From Mobula hypostoma (Eukaryota), in the NCBI RefSeq assembly GCF_963921235.1, contig NC_086097.1, positions 209,810,001-209,874,000 on the forward strand: a DNA stretch of 64,000 nucleotides. The letters run 5' to 3'. The notes beneath the pieces are model-generated. The model saw nothing but the letters and a program-made list of their open reading frames with translations. It was not told the DNA's origin and did no database searches. Made by a program: the position numbers and the translations under genes. The number at the start of each line of letters is the position of its first letter. The stretch's first letter is position 1. Positions 13,010-26,415 of the stretch are shown here, in pieces.

Positions 13010-13862
13010 GTTCAAAACTCTGCATTACAAAGTATATTTATTATCAAAGTATGCATACAGAATACAACCCTGAGATTCGTCTTCCTGCAGTCATGAAACA
13101 ATGGAACACCATGGAACCTGTTCAAAGAAAACATAAAACACCCAATGTGCAAAAAAAGAACAAATCATGCAAACAGCAAAAAACAAGTGAATTACACACA
13201 GAACATTAAACGGCAAACCATAGAGTCCTGAAACAGTCTAGGATTATTCAGTACAGTTTACTTTAGCCTTGCGTCATTCATTGACTGCAAGCCGCTATCA
13301 CGCCAGTCCGCCCCGATCAAAATCGCGTAAAATAACAATAAAAAATGAGTAACCAGAAACACGTTTAATATGAACTACAGAGTCCTCCAAACACAATTCC
13401 AATCCACAAACCACGCTGATCAAACCTGGTCCAAGACCCAAGAATCCTGCACGTTCCCCCAGCTGCAGCAAGCGAGAAGGGGAGGGAGACCAGTCAAACG
13501 CAGGCAGACGGTGCTGACCTCCTGCTTGATTTCTGCTCTCATTGATTTCAATCTTACTTGATGCTCTAATTGGTGAGATCAACGAAAAATAGAGCCGATC
13601 ATGGGTTTGCGCTATTAGGCCGCACACTCCGTTCTCAGCCACGCCAAATTCCCTCAGAGAGAGTAAAAATTACAGATCACTCGGTTGACCCAAAAATACA
13701 CTATCAACATGTAAATTTCTGGCTCCAATCACACACAGATTAGTAGTAGAAGTATATTTAAAAGAGAAGTATATTTTAAAGGAGAAGAAGAAGTTGTTTC
13801 ATGAACTCTCTGCGGGACGTAGCCATTAGTCGTATTGCTTGCTGGTGCCATCTTGCCGGAAA
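13010..13862 (-). mobile_element. Probable non-autonomous Rex1-related retroelement (5' UTR-like head plus 3' tail, no ORF)
   Basis: The left part resembles the Rex-type tail at 54905-55200. The minus strand begins ttccggcaagatggcacc, a LINE 5'-end-like sequence with a YY1-like motif. Confidence 0.45.
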
Positions 13863-15339
13863 CGATTCACACACAGATAATAATGGACACGGTGAACTTC
13901 TCCAGTTAAGAATTTGTACAGAAAATTTAAATATTAGCCTATTATGTAGCATTCTTAAAATAATAATTGCTGTTTTTGTCAGGTTGTACTTCTCTTCTAT
14001 GCATTTAACAGGTACCAAAGGAACAGGAATCTTCAGAAAATATAGTTGGATATTACCCTACACGTCAGTCTCACTTGAACTGACTCTGAGTAGACTAAAG
14101 GATCAGCAGGAAATCAAAGGCATGTGCAGGTTCCCATTTCAGAGAGAAATATGGTATCATTGCACCTCTTATTTCTGATGGGCACCTGCTGTTGTAAGTG
14201 CCAGGGATGGCCTAATTTGTTCGCTGCTGAATCAGCACAAAACACCACACAGAGATGCATAAGAAGCAGTCTGATGAAGGATGATTCTTCGTGCTCTGCT
14301 TAACAATTGCAATTTTTTTTTGTTTCTATATGAGAGGAAGAAATGAATGCATTTTAATTGAATGAATACATTGTTAGAATCATGTCGTATTCATTCGTGG
14401 AAGAGTAGAATAAAGCATCTTAATTGTTGTTTTGTGAAGTACATTAATTATCAACTGATAGTTGACTGTTGCAGGTTGTTCAAAATGTTTGGGCTGCATT
14501 TGGACGATTTATCTTTGTCCTGCGTATGAATTGTTCACCAGGGGTCTGGAAAACAGAATGCAGATAAATACGCTGTACAGTCAGCTGTGAACTCAAGCAA
14601 TGATGTAATGCTTTTTCCTGCCCTCTCTGTCTGCATCTCATTGATTTAAGCATTTAACCAGAAAACAGTAAGTTTAACCACTGACATACTGTATGGTGGT
14701 GACTTTCTTGATAGATCATTGCTTATCAAATTTGACTTCATTAATAAATTAAAATTGGAATATTAATCTATCAAAATGGGAACTGGGAATGCTTTCCAAT
14801 TGAAAATATTATTCCAGTTTTGTTTCCTACTTTCAAAAGCCAGTGACACATGCAGATGTCGTTTTTTGTTGATCTTGGTGGTTTTCTTGTATGCCTCTTG
14901 CATTTTGCTCTTCTATATGTGTATACAAACACACTTTGGCAGCATGTTGAACAATGACAGAGATCACAAGTGAGCCATTGTTCACCTGTTTTCCTGCATT
15001 TGATGCAGCTTCTTCAAAATGCTGACAACACAAAAATGGAGCAAACCAAGAAATGCTGAAAGTTTTCAGCTAAACAGGAGGAATACGGGGGCGGGGAGGG
15101 GGAGAAAGGAGAATGGCTAAGATGTAAATATACAGCAGGGCAATTGAGTAATCTGCATTCTCATTCATGGGAATTGCCGGTAGTTTGGTATCTGGCTGCA
15201 CAAGCACACTGGGTCCCTCAGTGCAGTGAGATCTCAGTTCTTAAACTCCCTCATATGCAGCAGGATCCCGGTTCTGAAGCCCTCTTGCAACTCACCTAAT
15301 TCACTGAGAAATTTATTATCTCATACTACTGTACTAAGG

Positions 15340-16600
15340 AATAGACATGAGAAAGTCTGCAGGTGCTGGAAATCCAAAGCAACAGACACAAAATGCTGGA
15401 GGAACTCAGCAGGTTAGGCAGCATCCAAGGAAATGAACAAACTGTGGACGTTTTGGGCCGACACCTCTCTTCAGGACTGCTGCCTGACCTGCTGAATTCC
15501 TCCAGCATTTTGCGTGTTTTGCTCTGGATTCCCACAGCTATCTTCTCTATACCTCTTCCCATCTTATCTCCTGTAAAATGCCATTCCCCCTTCTCTGTTC
15601 CTTCGCCTCCAATGCATATGTTCACCAGAAGAGGCTTTCATTTCCAGAATATCCTTCTTCAAAAGAAAGGTGTTTCCCTTCCTCTACCATTGACGCTGCT
15701 CTCACCCGCATCTCCTCCATTTCTCAGATATCCATGCTCACACCATGTTCCCGCCTCCTTATCAGGGATAGGGTTTCTCTTGTCCTCTCCCGCATCTCCT
15801 GAACTTCCCAGGCATCTGTGCTCACCCCATCTTCCCGCTGCCTTTACAGGGATAGGGTTTCAATGTCCTCACCTAACAGCCTATGAGCATCCATGTCCAA
15901 CACAACTTCTGCCATCTTCAATGGGACCCCGCCACTGTCTACTTTCCAAATCCAACTCAGCAGTGAAAGTAGAAGATAAAAATAGGCTCCCCCTCCCATT
16001 CTCTGCTTTCTGCAGGGATTGCTCCCTTTGTCATTCCCTTGTCCATTCGTCCCTTCCCACTAATCTCCCTCCTGGCACTTATGCCTGCAAGCAGATGAAG
16101 TGCTACACCTGTCCACTCACCTCCTCCCTCACTTCTATTGAGGGCCCCAAACAGTCCTTCCAGGTGAGGCAATACTTTGCCCGCGAATCTGTTGGGTATT
16201 CTACTGTGTCCCATGCTCCCAGTATGGCCTCCTCTGTATTAGTGAGACACATTGTAGACTGGGAGGCCGCTTTGTTCCATACACAAAAAGTAGGATTTCC
16301 CTGTGGCCCAGCATGTTAATTCCAGGTCCCATGCCCACTCTTCTCATCACCTGCCTATCACCTCAGCCTGGTGCTCCTCCTCCTTCCCTTCCTCCCATGG
16401 TCAACTCTCCTCACCATCACACTCCTTCTCCTCCAGTCCTTTACCTGTCCCCCCAACCTAGATTCACCTTCTCCTTCTTCTCCTCCCATGAAATATTGAC
16501 TGTTTATTTATTTCCATAGATGCTGCCTGATCTTCTGAGTTCCTCCAGCATTTTGTGTGTATTGCCCCGGATTCCAGCATTTGCAGAATCTCTTCTGTTT
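15340..16600 (+). mobile_element. Penelope-like element remnant with an inverted terminal repeat at its 5' side
   Basis: GTYACKQMKCYTCPLTSSLTSIEGPKQSFQVRQ is the Cys-rich linker before GIY-YIG, homologous to 44500-44600. Terminal repeat reversed at 15340-15480 and forward at 16490-16600. Confidence 0.8.
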
Positions 16601-16951
16601 ATGATAAGAAAATTCATGTGACGTTGTCAGGTATACGTTATGAGTCATCTCAACTGGGACAATTGGTAAAAATACAACAACAAATATTAGGGGGAAAAAA
16701 CTGCTTAATATCCAGTAATTATCAACTTGCTTGGTCAGTGATTTGCCCACTGTAGCCCAGCACTGTAGGTACTGGATCAAGAGATTACTAGCACATTAAG
16801 CACAGTGCTTGTTGTTCTTGTCGGGTACCACTTTAGCTCGCTTGCATTCGCTGGCATATATCCAACTATTTTCATCTTCCACATTCAGTACCAAGTTGGT
16901 AATTAACCACACTTGATAAGGTGGTTAATATCTTGCAAACCCTGCCACACA

Positions 16952-18450
16952 TTGGCAGGGCTTGCAAGACATTGCTTCCTACAAAGCAAAACCCAATAAC
17001 ATAAATGGCAGCGATGCTTCACTACCAGATGAACTCAGCACCTTCTATGCCTACTTGGAAAGGGAGAATATATCTACAGCTGGGAAGATCCCTGCTGCAC
17101 CCAGTGACCCTCTGATCTCTGTCTCGGAAGCCGATGTTAGGCTGTCTTTAAGAGGGTGAACCCTCACAAGACAGAAGGCCCTGACGGAGTACCTGGTAAA
17201 GCTCCGAAAACTTGTGCCAACCACCTGGCAGGGGTTTTCAAGGACATTTTCAACCTCTCACTGCTAAGAGCAGAAGTTCCCACCTTCTTCAGAAAGACCA
17301 GTGCCTTAGAAGAATAATGTGAGCTGCCTTAATGACTATTGCCCAGTGGTGCTCACATCTACAGTGATGAAATGCTTTGAGAGGTTGGTTATGCTGCCTC
17401 AGTAAGAACTTGGACCCACTGCAATTTGTCTGTCAGCACAATAGGTCAACAGCAGATGCAATCTCAATGGCTCTTCACACGGTCTTAGACCACCTGGACA
17501 ATGCAAGCACCTATGTCAGGATGCTGTTCATCGACTGTAGCTCAGCATTTAACACCATGATTTCCACAATCCTGATTGATAAGTTACAGAACCTGGGCCT
17601 CTGTACCTCCCTCTGCAATTGGATCTTCGACTTCCTACCCGGAAGACCACAATCTGTGTAGATTGGTGATAATATCTCCTCCTCGCTGATGATCAACACT
17701 GGTGCACCTCAGGAGTGTGTGCTTAGCCCACTGCTCTACTCTCTATATACACATTACTGTGTGGCTAGGCATAGCTCAAATACCATCAATAAATTTGCTG
17801 ATGATACAACCATTGTTGGTAGAATCTTAGATCGAGGCGTGAGGGCATTTAGGAGCAAGATATGCCCAAATAGTGGAGTGGTGTCGCAGTAACAACCTTG
17901 CACTCAGCATCAGTAAGATGAAAGAGCTGATTGTAGACTGCAGGAATGTAAGATGAAGGAACACATACCAATTCAGACAAAGTGATCAGAAGTGGAGAGA
18001 GTGAGCAGTTTCAAGTTCCTGAGTGTCAAGATATTTGAGGACCTAACATTGTCCCAACATATCGATACAGTAATAAAGAAGGCAAGACAGCGACTATACT
18101 TCATTAGGAGTTTGAAGAGATTTGGTATGTCAACAAAAACACTCAAAAACTTCAATAGATGTACCATAGAGAGCGTTATAACAGGCTGCATCGCTGTCTG
18201 GTATGCGGGGTGGGCGAGGATGATACTGCACACGACCGAAAGAAGCTGCAGAGAGTTGTGAACACTACCTCACTTTTTCAATATATATTATTTCTGTTTT
18301 TGCACGAGTTTTAGTCTTCAATATACATTTACTGTAATTGATGTATTTATTTATTCTTCTATATTATGTATTGCATTGAACTGCTGCTGCTCAGTTAACA
18401 AATTTCACGCCACATGCCGCTGATAATAAACCTGATTCTGGTTCTGATTC
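16952..18450 (+). mobile_element. Rex1/Babar-type LINE, 5'-truncated and frameshifted
   Basis: [51 protein letters not shown]; tail aataaacctgattctggttctgattct. Confidence 0.92.
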
Positions 18451-19930
18451 TAATTTACCCAATGAGTATGTAGTGGATCTTTATATGATTTCTTAATCTC
18501 GACCCACTGACCGGGAACCAGTGTGTGTCCTCCTTCTGTTGGATCAGTCCAGGTCCTGTTGAGAAGCAAACTTGGAGTTTGGGTTAATTTCACATAATAG
18601 TTAACTAAACTGTTTGTCGTAATGTGTATATCAGCCTCTCCTAGATCGAGTATTCCTGGTAGTGACATAGGATGCCCCATTTACCTCCTCAAATGGACTT
18701 ATAATAGTTTAGTTGATGCCACTTAAGACCGTAGAGAGAGCCGAAGGTCATGGTACACCTTCTTCATGAAACTTAGTTGTTGTTTGATGATTCCTTTCAT
18801 TCATTCAACTTGTCCTAATGACTCTGGGCGATGTTCATACATTGACATAATTCTTGTCAAGCAACCTCAGTGAAATGCGTTCCTTGGTCAGAGTTGATGT
18901 GACATGGCATTCCCTATCTAGGAATGTAGTCCTTGATCAAAGTTTCTTGCTGTGTGTGGCAGTGGTTTTCTTTTCGGAAGCAGCTTCCAACCACCTTGAA
19001 AATTTGTCCACTATTACCAGTACATCTGAGTATCCTTGACACTTTGGTAAAGAAATGTAGTCCACTTGTAAGTATAAAAATGGACAAGGGAACACTTAAT
19101 TGTGGTAGCTTTTCTGCTGCTCCAGGATTTATTTTCTGGCCTGTCATGCATCTTTCAAGCATTTGTCAAGCTTTTACCCTGAACTTCAGATTCCACCACC
19201 ATTGGGCGAATTTGTCTATCATCATTTGAACTCCAATGTGTCCTAGGGAGTGCATCTGCTGTGCCAGATTATCTTGAATGTTCATCTGTGATATTAAGTT
19301 CAACTTCATTTTCATAATTCCAGTTGTTGAGTTCACTGCATATGTTCTAGGTACTTTTATTTCTTTTACTCCTTCCTGTGCTGCCTTTTGTGTGATTTCA
19401 GCTGTGAATGCATTTCCACAGCTTTCTATTGTAAGCACTTTGCAGTGACTTTTACATTTTAATACAGCAACTCCTGATTGCAGTTGTATTAAATCCATAA
19501 GACCTTATACCAGTTGGCCATTCCTGACGGGGGTTCCTAAAGCCATACAAAATCTCTTTGTCTCCATAAGTTTCCAAAATTATGAACAACTTCCAAAGCA
19601 TATCAAGGCTCTTGATAGAGATTAGCTGATCTTCCAACTGCCACTTACAAGCTTCAAGTTCTGCCTGCCGCACATAGGTACTAGGAGCCATGCTTCCTGA
19701 TGCCAGCATGTCAGCTCCAGAAACAACTATTTCTCAAACCTTGAGGAGATCTGAGTGTACAGGCCTTCGGCAGAGTAATAAACAGCAGGACATTGTAGGT
19801 CTTCATGTTCTTGAGCTAAGACTGCCATCATGTGTTTCTCGTTGACATACAGGGTTTACCTGTATCATGGATACTTACTGCAGGTGCAGTACACAATGTC
19901 ACCTTTAAAGTTTGAAATGCTTTCATTAAA
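18451..19930 (-). pseudogene. Degenerate endogenous retrovirus pol (connection, RNase H, integrase), gamma/epsilon-like
   Basis: Minus-strand translation by eye: AFQTLKVTLCTAPA (connection), RQAELEA and KCKSH..GNAF (RNase H), HSLGHIG..CMT (Zn finger), GYSDVLVIVDKFSRWLEA, GMPCHINSDQGTHFT, HRPESLGQVE*MKG, MGHPMSLPG (integrase). Confidence 0.85.
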
Positions 19931-21100
19931 AGTCATGTGGTCGTCTGAGCACTTCCTGTCCTTCTGCAGATCATTGAATGGTTGAACAATAGTTGATGTT
20001 CTGCCACTAGCTTGTTAATACACTGATTAGCAATGGTTTCATCTTCAGTCCTGTTTGTCTTCACTCCTTCAGTCTTTATTGGACCAAGCTGTGACATAGC
20101 TGACAATCTTGTTTCACTATTGTCATCCTCACTTGAGTCACCAGGGGGCACTGTAGAGTCCATGTCATGTCCATCTTGTAATTATTTGGAGTTCAGATGG
20201 TGTTGATGTCTTGGGAGACTGTCCAAAGTTAGCTGTAATACTTCAGAGTTCAGATGGCGTCGCTGTTTCTGGAGACTGTTCAATGTGGTCTTTGTTTCCT
20301 GGGGAGCAGTACCAGAAGTAAGTATTCCCCAGGTAGAGCATCAGCATCAGTGGCAGGGTCACTCGAAATGTCACTAGCAGGACTGCCCAACTGAAGTTGT
20401 GGCTGCACTTTTCAATGTTGTTTCAGTTTGCCTTGAAACTCCATACATTGTGCATAGATTTTATCATGTTGTTTTATCGCTCATTCAGTTAATGCAAAGA
20501 TTTGCTCTTTAGGCTTTTTTTACTGCCATTATCATGCTGTTTTTGTAGCTTTTCACAAATTTTCTATTCCTATCAATAAATAAAAGTCTCTACTCGTCCC
20601 ATTAACTCTTTCAAATTGCTTGTACATTCAAACAAGCCACCTATGCATTCTTAACTCTAAGTCAATAGTAGCCATTTTCAGGAATTTACTGGATCATAAT
20701 AAACTTAATGTTGTTGGTATTTTACATCCAGACATTTTTATTAATTTTACCAAAACTGAGATGTTTTATTCAGCTAAGAGTTCTTAGTGGGTTTCACGGC
20801 TTTGGCTACTGTATCGATTCTATCTTAATTTGTACGTACTTTATATTATTTTGAACATGATCTTGAAATATTAATAGATTGCATCCATTGGGTCATCCTC
20901 CAACCAATACTTAGATCATCTTGCAACCATTGGGACATCCCACAATCAAATTAAAGGATTGCACAACCAGTATTTTTAGTAGATACCAATGGATTGTCAT
21001 ACAGGCAAAATAGGTTGTCCTGCAACCGAATGGATTACAACCAATATTTTTCCACCTGTTTTCTCTTTAAATAGCAATGCACCAGTCCTCAGTCCTAATT
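19931..21100 (-). mobile_element. Possible gag/leader region of the same ERV
   Basis: Contiguous with the pol remnant; broken minus-strand ORF pieces (19933-20163) and short internal direct repeats; no diagnostic motif seen. Confidence 0.35.
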
Positions 21101-22384
21101 TCCATCAGATATCCAAAGCAAGAAATAGTGTTTCACTAGACAACACAGGAAGTTCTTACCCCTTTTGTTATGTGTTAAAAATTCCACTCTGAATGATTTG
21201 AGTCCTTAACTTCAAAACACTGCTAACTATGCAACTTGTTGGGTTTTGGTATTTTAATCCAGTGTTTTTTAGTAGTCAGGAAAGAGGCACAAAACTTGAG
21301 GCTTTATGATCTTATTGAGCATTGATAGGACAGAGAAATTGAAACAGACTATGATGGAGGTCTACTAAGTGAAGGGAAAGCTAAGATTAAAGATGGTCAG
21401 CTATTTTTTACACTACAATGATAAGGAAAATTCCATTCAAATTTGTAGATAAGAGTTAACCAATAAGATTTTTTTTAATATACTTTATTCAAAAATAAAA
21501 TTATATACAATAAACCATTCAATAACTTTCCATCCTTTACATACGTTCCCTTTATAGTCAGTACATATCCGTACTTATGGCCACACTTATTCAAATAACA
21601 CAGTGCAATGAAGCTTCTAGAGCTTTCCTGATATTTATACTTTGTATAGTTTCTAAAAGCACATTAAACTTGCATATATATATATATACTATTACCACGA
21701 GGAAGCGTAGCAAGCAGTTACTTTTATATAAGTAATTATATAGAATAAAGCCAGACATTTAATTATTAAACTGGCAAGAAAATATCGATTAAGCACTCCA
21801 ATCTAAAAATTAAACAGTTAGATCCAACAACAGTTTTCACAACCTACCCTAATTTCCTCTGGAAGTAATTGTATCACCATTTTACAAATTTCCTCACAAG
21901 TCAGGAGCAGAAACTCTATTATCTTGATACTTGCAAGATTTCTGTTTTTATATTAATCTTAGTATTTCTTCAAAGTCACAGCAATTCTTATTTCCCTGTA
22001 ACCCCAAGGCTCAAATACAGCAGTATACAACTGCATAAAGATAACATTTAAAGAGCATTCCCTAGAAATTAGACTACACAGTTCTTTATGCACCAAAACA
22101 TCAGTGCAAGTAACACTAACTCCAAACTAAGTCTCCCTCAAAAAAAATCACAGAATTAGTTAAGAACAATTATGCACCTGTGTTATTGTGGCTTCTTAAA
22201 AAATGTGTTGAATTGCTATCTGCACAGGTTTGACTTGAACAGTTTTATTGGAACCAGTGCTCAGAGGTTCTGTAGTTCAGCATTCACAAATGATGGCCTT
22301 AAAGACACAGCTCCCATTGCAGTAGCACAAAGGGCTACCATGGGTGAAGGGTGTGGCAGAAGGCCATAGGCTACAAGGAGGAGG

Positions 22385-23844
22385 ATCACCTTGTGATCTC
22401 TGTCTCAGAGGCTGATATTAGGCTGTCTATAAAGAGGGTGAACCCTCGCAAGGCGGAAGGTCCTGATGGAGTACCTGGTAAGGCTCTGAAAACCTGTGCC
22501 AACCAACTGGCGGCAGTATTCAAGGACATTTTCAACCTCTCGCTGCTATGGGCGGAAGTTCCCACTTTCTTCAAAAAGGCAACAATTATACCAGTGCCTA
22601 AGAAGAATAATGAGAGCTGCCTTAATGACTATCATCCAGTAGCACTCACATCTACAGTAATGAAATGCTTTGAGAGGTTGTTCATGACTAGACTGAACTC
22701 CTGCCTCAGCAAGGACCTGGACCCATTGCAATTTGCCTATCACCACAATAGGTCAATGGCAGATGCAATCTCAATGGCTCTTCACATGGCTTTAGACTAC
22801 CTGGACAACACAAACACCTATGTCAGGAAGCTGTTCATCGACTATGGCTCAGCATTTAATACCATCATTCCCATAATCCTGATTGAGAAGTTGCAGAACC
22901 TGGGCCTCTGTACCTCCCTCTGCAATTGGATCCTCGACTTTCTAACCAGAAGACCACAAACTGTGCGGATTGGTGATAACATCTCCTCCTCGCTGACGAT
23001 CAACACTGGTGCACCTCAGGAGTGTGTGCTAAGCCAACTGCTCTACTCTCTCTATACCCATGACTGTGTGGCTAGGCATAGCTCAAGTACCATCTATAAA
23101 TTTGCTGATGATACAACCATTGTTGGTAAAGCCTCAGATAGTGACAAGAGGGCGTACAGGAGTGAGATATGCCAACTAATGGAGGGGTGCTGCAGCAACA
23201 ACCTTGCACTCAATGTCAGTAAGATGAAAGCTGATTGTGGACTTCAGGAAGGGCAAGATGAAGGAACACATACCAATTCAGACAAAGTGATCAGAAGTGG
23301 AGAGAGTGAGCAGTTTCAAGTTTCTGAGTGTCAAGATCTCTGAGGACCTAACCTGGTCCCAACATGTCAATGCAGTTATATAGAAGGCAAGACAGTGACT
23401 ATACTTCACTAGAAGTTTGAAGAGATTTGGTATATCAACAAGTACACTCAAAAACTTATATAGATGTACCGTGGAGAGCATTCTGGCAGGCTGCATCACT
23501 GTCTGGTACGGGGGTGGGGGGAGGTGGGCTACTGCTTGGGACCAAAAGCTGCTACAGGGGGTTGTAAATTTAGTTGGTCCATCTTGGGTACTAGCCTACA
23601 AAGTACCGAGGACATCTTCAAGGAGTAGTGTCTCAGAAAGGCAGCACCCATTATAAAGGACCTCCAGCACCCAGGGCATGCCCTTTTCTCACTGTTACCA
23701 TCAGGTAGGAGGTACAGAAGCCTGAAGGCACACACTCAGCGATTCAGGAACAGCTTCTTCCTCTTTGCCATCCAATTCCTAAATGGACATTGAACCCTTG
23801 AACACTGCCTCACTTTTTTATGTATATTATTTCTGTTTTTGCAC
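22385..23844 (+). mobile_element. Rex1/Babar-type LINE (3' tail continues at about 25356-25490 after the Tc1 insertion)
   Basis: ORF 22351-23343 with [34 protein letters not shown]; tail ...aataaacctgattctgattctg at 25468-25489. Confidence 0.93.
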
Positions 23845-25353
23845 CCCTGGTCAAAATTTCTGTTACTATGAATAGCTAAGCGTTTAAAAGATGAACTGAT
23901 TTCCAAAAGCCATAAAGATGATAAATTTCTTTAATATTTTAAGCAAGAAAACTTTTTTATTTCCATCTTTTACAGTTTCAAAATAACAAAAAATAAAAAG
24001 GACCCGAAGCAAAAGTTGGGGCACCCTGTATGATCAGTACTTAGTAACACCCCCTTTGGCAAGTATCACAGCTTGTAAACGCTTTTTGGAGCTAAGAGTC
24101 TTTCAATTCTTGTTTGGGGGATTTTTGCCCATTCTTCCTTGCAAAAGGCTTCGAGTTCTGTGAGATTCTTGGGCCTTCTTGCATGCACTGCTCTTTTGAG
24201 ATCCATCCACAGATTCTCAATGATGTTTAGGTAGGGGGACTGTGAGGGCCATGGCAAAACCTTCAGCTTGCACCTCTTGAGGTAGTCCATTGTGAATTTT
24301 GAGGTGTGTTTAAGTTCATTATCCTGTTGTAGAAGCCATCCTCTTTTCATCGTCGGCTTTTTTACAGACGGTGTGATGTTTGCTTCCAGAATTTGCTGGT
24401 TCATTTGCTGAATTTGCTGAATTCATTCTTCCCTCTACCAGTAAATGTTCCTCGTGCCACTGGCTGCAACACATGCTCAAAGCATGATTGGCCAAAAAGT
24501 TCTATTCAAAAGGTTCAAAGAAACATCTAAAGAAGCCTGATGCATTTTGCAAACAAGTCCTGTGGACTGCTGAAGTTAAAATAGAACTTTTTGGCCGCAA
24601 TGAGCAAAGGTATGTTTGGAGAAAAAAGGGTGCAGAATTTCATGAAAAGAATCCCTCTCCAACTGTTAAGCACGGGGGTGGATCGATCATGCTTTGGGCT
24701 TGTGTTGCAGCCAGTGGCATGGGGAACATTTACTGGTAGAAGGAAGAATTAATTCAATTAAATACCAGCAAATTCTGGAAGCAAATATCACACCGCCTGT
24801 AAAAAAGCTGAAGAGGAAAAGAGGATGGCTTCTACAACAGGGTAATGAACCTAAATGCACAGCAAAGTCCACAATGGACTACCTCTAGAGGCGCAAGCTG
24901 AAGGTTTTGCCATGGCCCTCACAGTCCCCTGACCTAAACATAATCGAGAATCTGTGGATAGACCTCAAAGGAGCAGTGCACGCAAGACGGCCCAAGAATC
25001 TCACAGAACTAGAAGCCTTTTGCAAGGAAGAATGGGCGAAAATCCCCCAAACAAGAATTGAAAGTCTCTTAGCTGGCTACAAAAAGCGTTTAACAGCTGT
25101 GATACTTGCCAAAGGGGATGTTACTAAGTACTGCCATGCAGGGTGCCCAAACTTTTGCTTCAGGCCCTTTTTCTTCCTTCTTATTTTGAAACTATAAAAG
25201 ATGGAAATAAAAAAAGTTTTCTTGCTTAAAATATTAAAGAAATGTGTCATTTTTAACTTCATGCCTTTTGGAAATCAGTTCATTTTTTACTCACTTAGCT
25301 ATTCACAGTAATAGAAACTTTGACCGGGGTGCCCAAACTTCTGCATGCCACTG
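23845..25353. mobile_element. Rearranged, palindromic Tc1-family transposon (DD34E type, IR/DR ends)
   Basis: Plus strand 24488-25197: VLWTAEVKIELFG, KHGGGSIMLWAC, WPSQSPDLNIIENLW. The minus strand at 24066-24404 repeats the same C-terminal part (LQQDNELKH). Right end gggtgcccaaacttctgcatgccactg-TA, with an inner direct repeat at 25141. Confidence 0.92.
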
Positions 25354-25742
25354 TATACTCTAATTGATTTACTTAGTTATTACTATTATTATTTTTTCTT
25401 CTATATTATGTTTTGCATTGAATTGCTGCTGCTAAGTTAACAAATTTCATGACACATGTCGGTGATAATAAACCTGATTCTGATTCTGACTTGCACATAT
25501 ACCTGCTCCTGTAGCATCTGCCTCACTGAATCAACTGATCTTTTAAGACCCTTCTTGTGGTGCCTGTGAGAGGAGCACTGAATCTAACATAGTATTATAT
25601 TCTCATTAGTTACTTTCTTCAAGAAACAAATTCTGTTAGCTTATGCATAGACCGCACAATTTATAAAGTATATGAGCAGTGTTCAGAGAGATTTACAGAG
25701 GTGCCATAAAACATTCTGATATCAGCAAAGGAATTCTGTAAA

Positions 25743-26010
25743 CAGAATCAGAATCAGGTTTATTATCACCAGCATGTGTCATGAAATTCGTTAGCTTCGC
25801 AGCAGTACTTTGATGCAATACCTAATATAGAAGAGGAAAAAATAATTAATTAATAAATAAACAAACAAACAAACAAACAAACAACCAACCAACCAACCAA
25901 CCAACCATATACGTATAGTGAATAGATTTAAAATCGTGCAAAAAACAGAAATAATGTATATAAAGAAAATGAGATAGTGTTCATAGGATCAATGTCCATT
26001 TAGGATCGGA
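25743..26010 (-). mobile_element. Rex1-type LINE 3' tail with a compound (AAAT/AAAC/AACC) microsatellite
   Basis: Reverse complement of the tails at 18300-18450 and 28590-28820. Confidence 0.85.
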
Positions 26011-26415
26011 GGGCATAAGTAAAGGATATATTGTGCTGTTTGTTTTCCTGGGACTTCAAATGCAATTGTTTTCTGAGCTGGAAGCTCCAATTTATGTGGC
26101 AATGGATAAAGGTATACATTACCTGACAACCAATCTCAGGCGGAGGTACTATTTTGAGTGAGCATAGTACCTTTAGAAATAACACACGAGCACTTGGGAA
26201 TGATTGGCTATCTGATTATGTGAGGTAAAATTGATTTTGCAATAGGTAATGCTGAAAATAAGTGACATGATCAAATTCCTAGGCATGTTATACAAGTTCC
26301 AAAGCTACATCATGGATAGTGTTCAGTCAAATTGGTGTCAGCTGTCAAAGGATAATACCCACACAATTCCCTGGTATGGCAGCCTTCTAAAACCAATTTT
26401 ATTGCAGAGCTTTTA

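Noticed and set aside
15363..16319. 318-aa ORF as a host gene
   Set aside because: It is a chance read-through across Penelope terminal repeat and body fragments, with an internal duplication of about 83 bp.
21468..21600. Possible L1/Tx1-type 3' end on the minus strand
   Set aside because: A poly(T) run and reversed AATAAA are visible, but there is no coding homology or clear TSD, so it is too weak to call.
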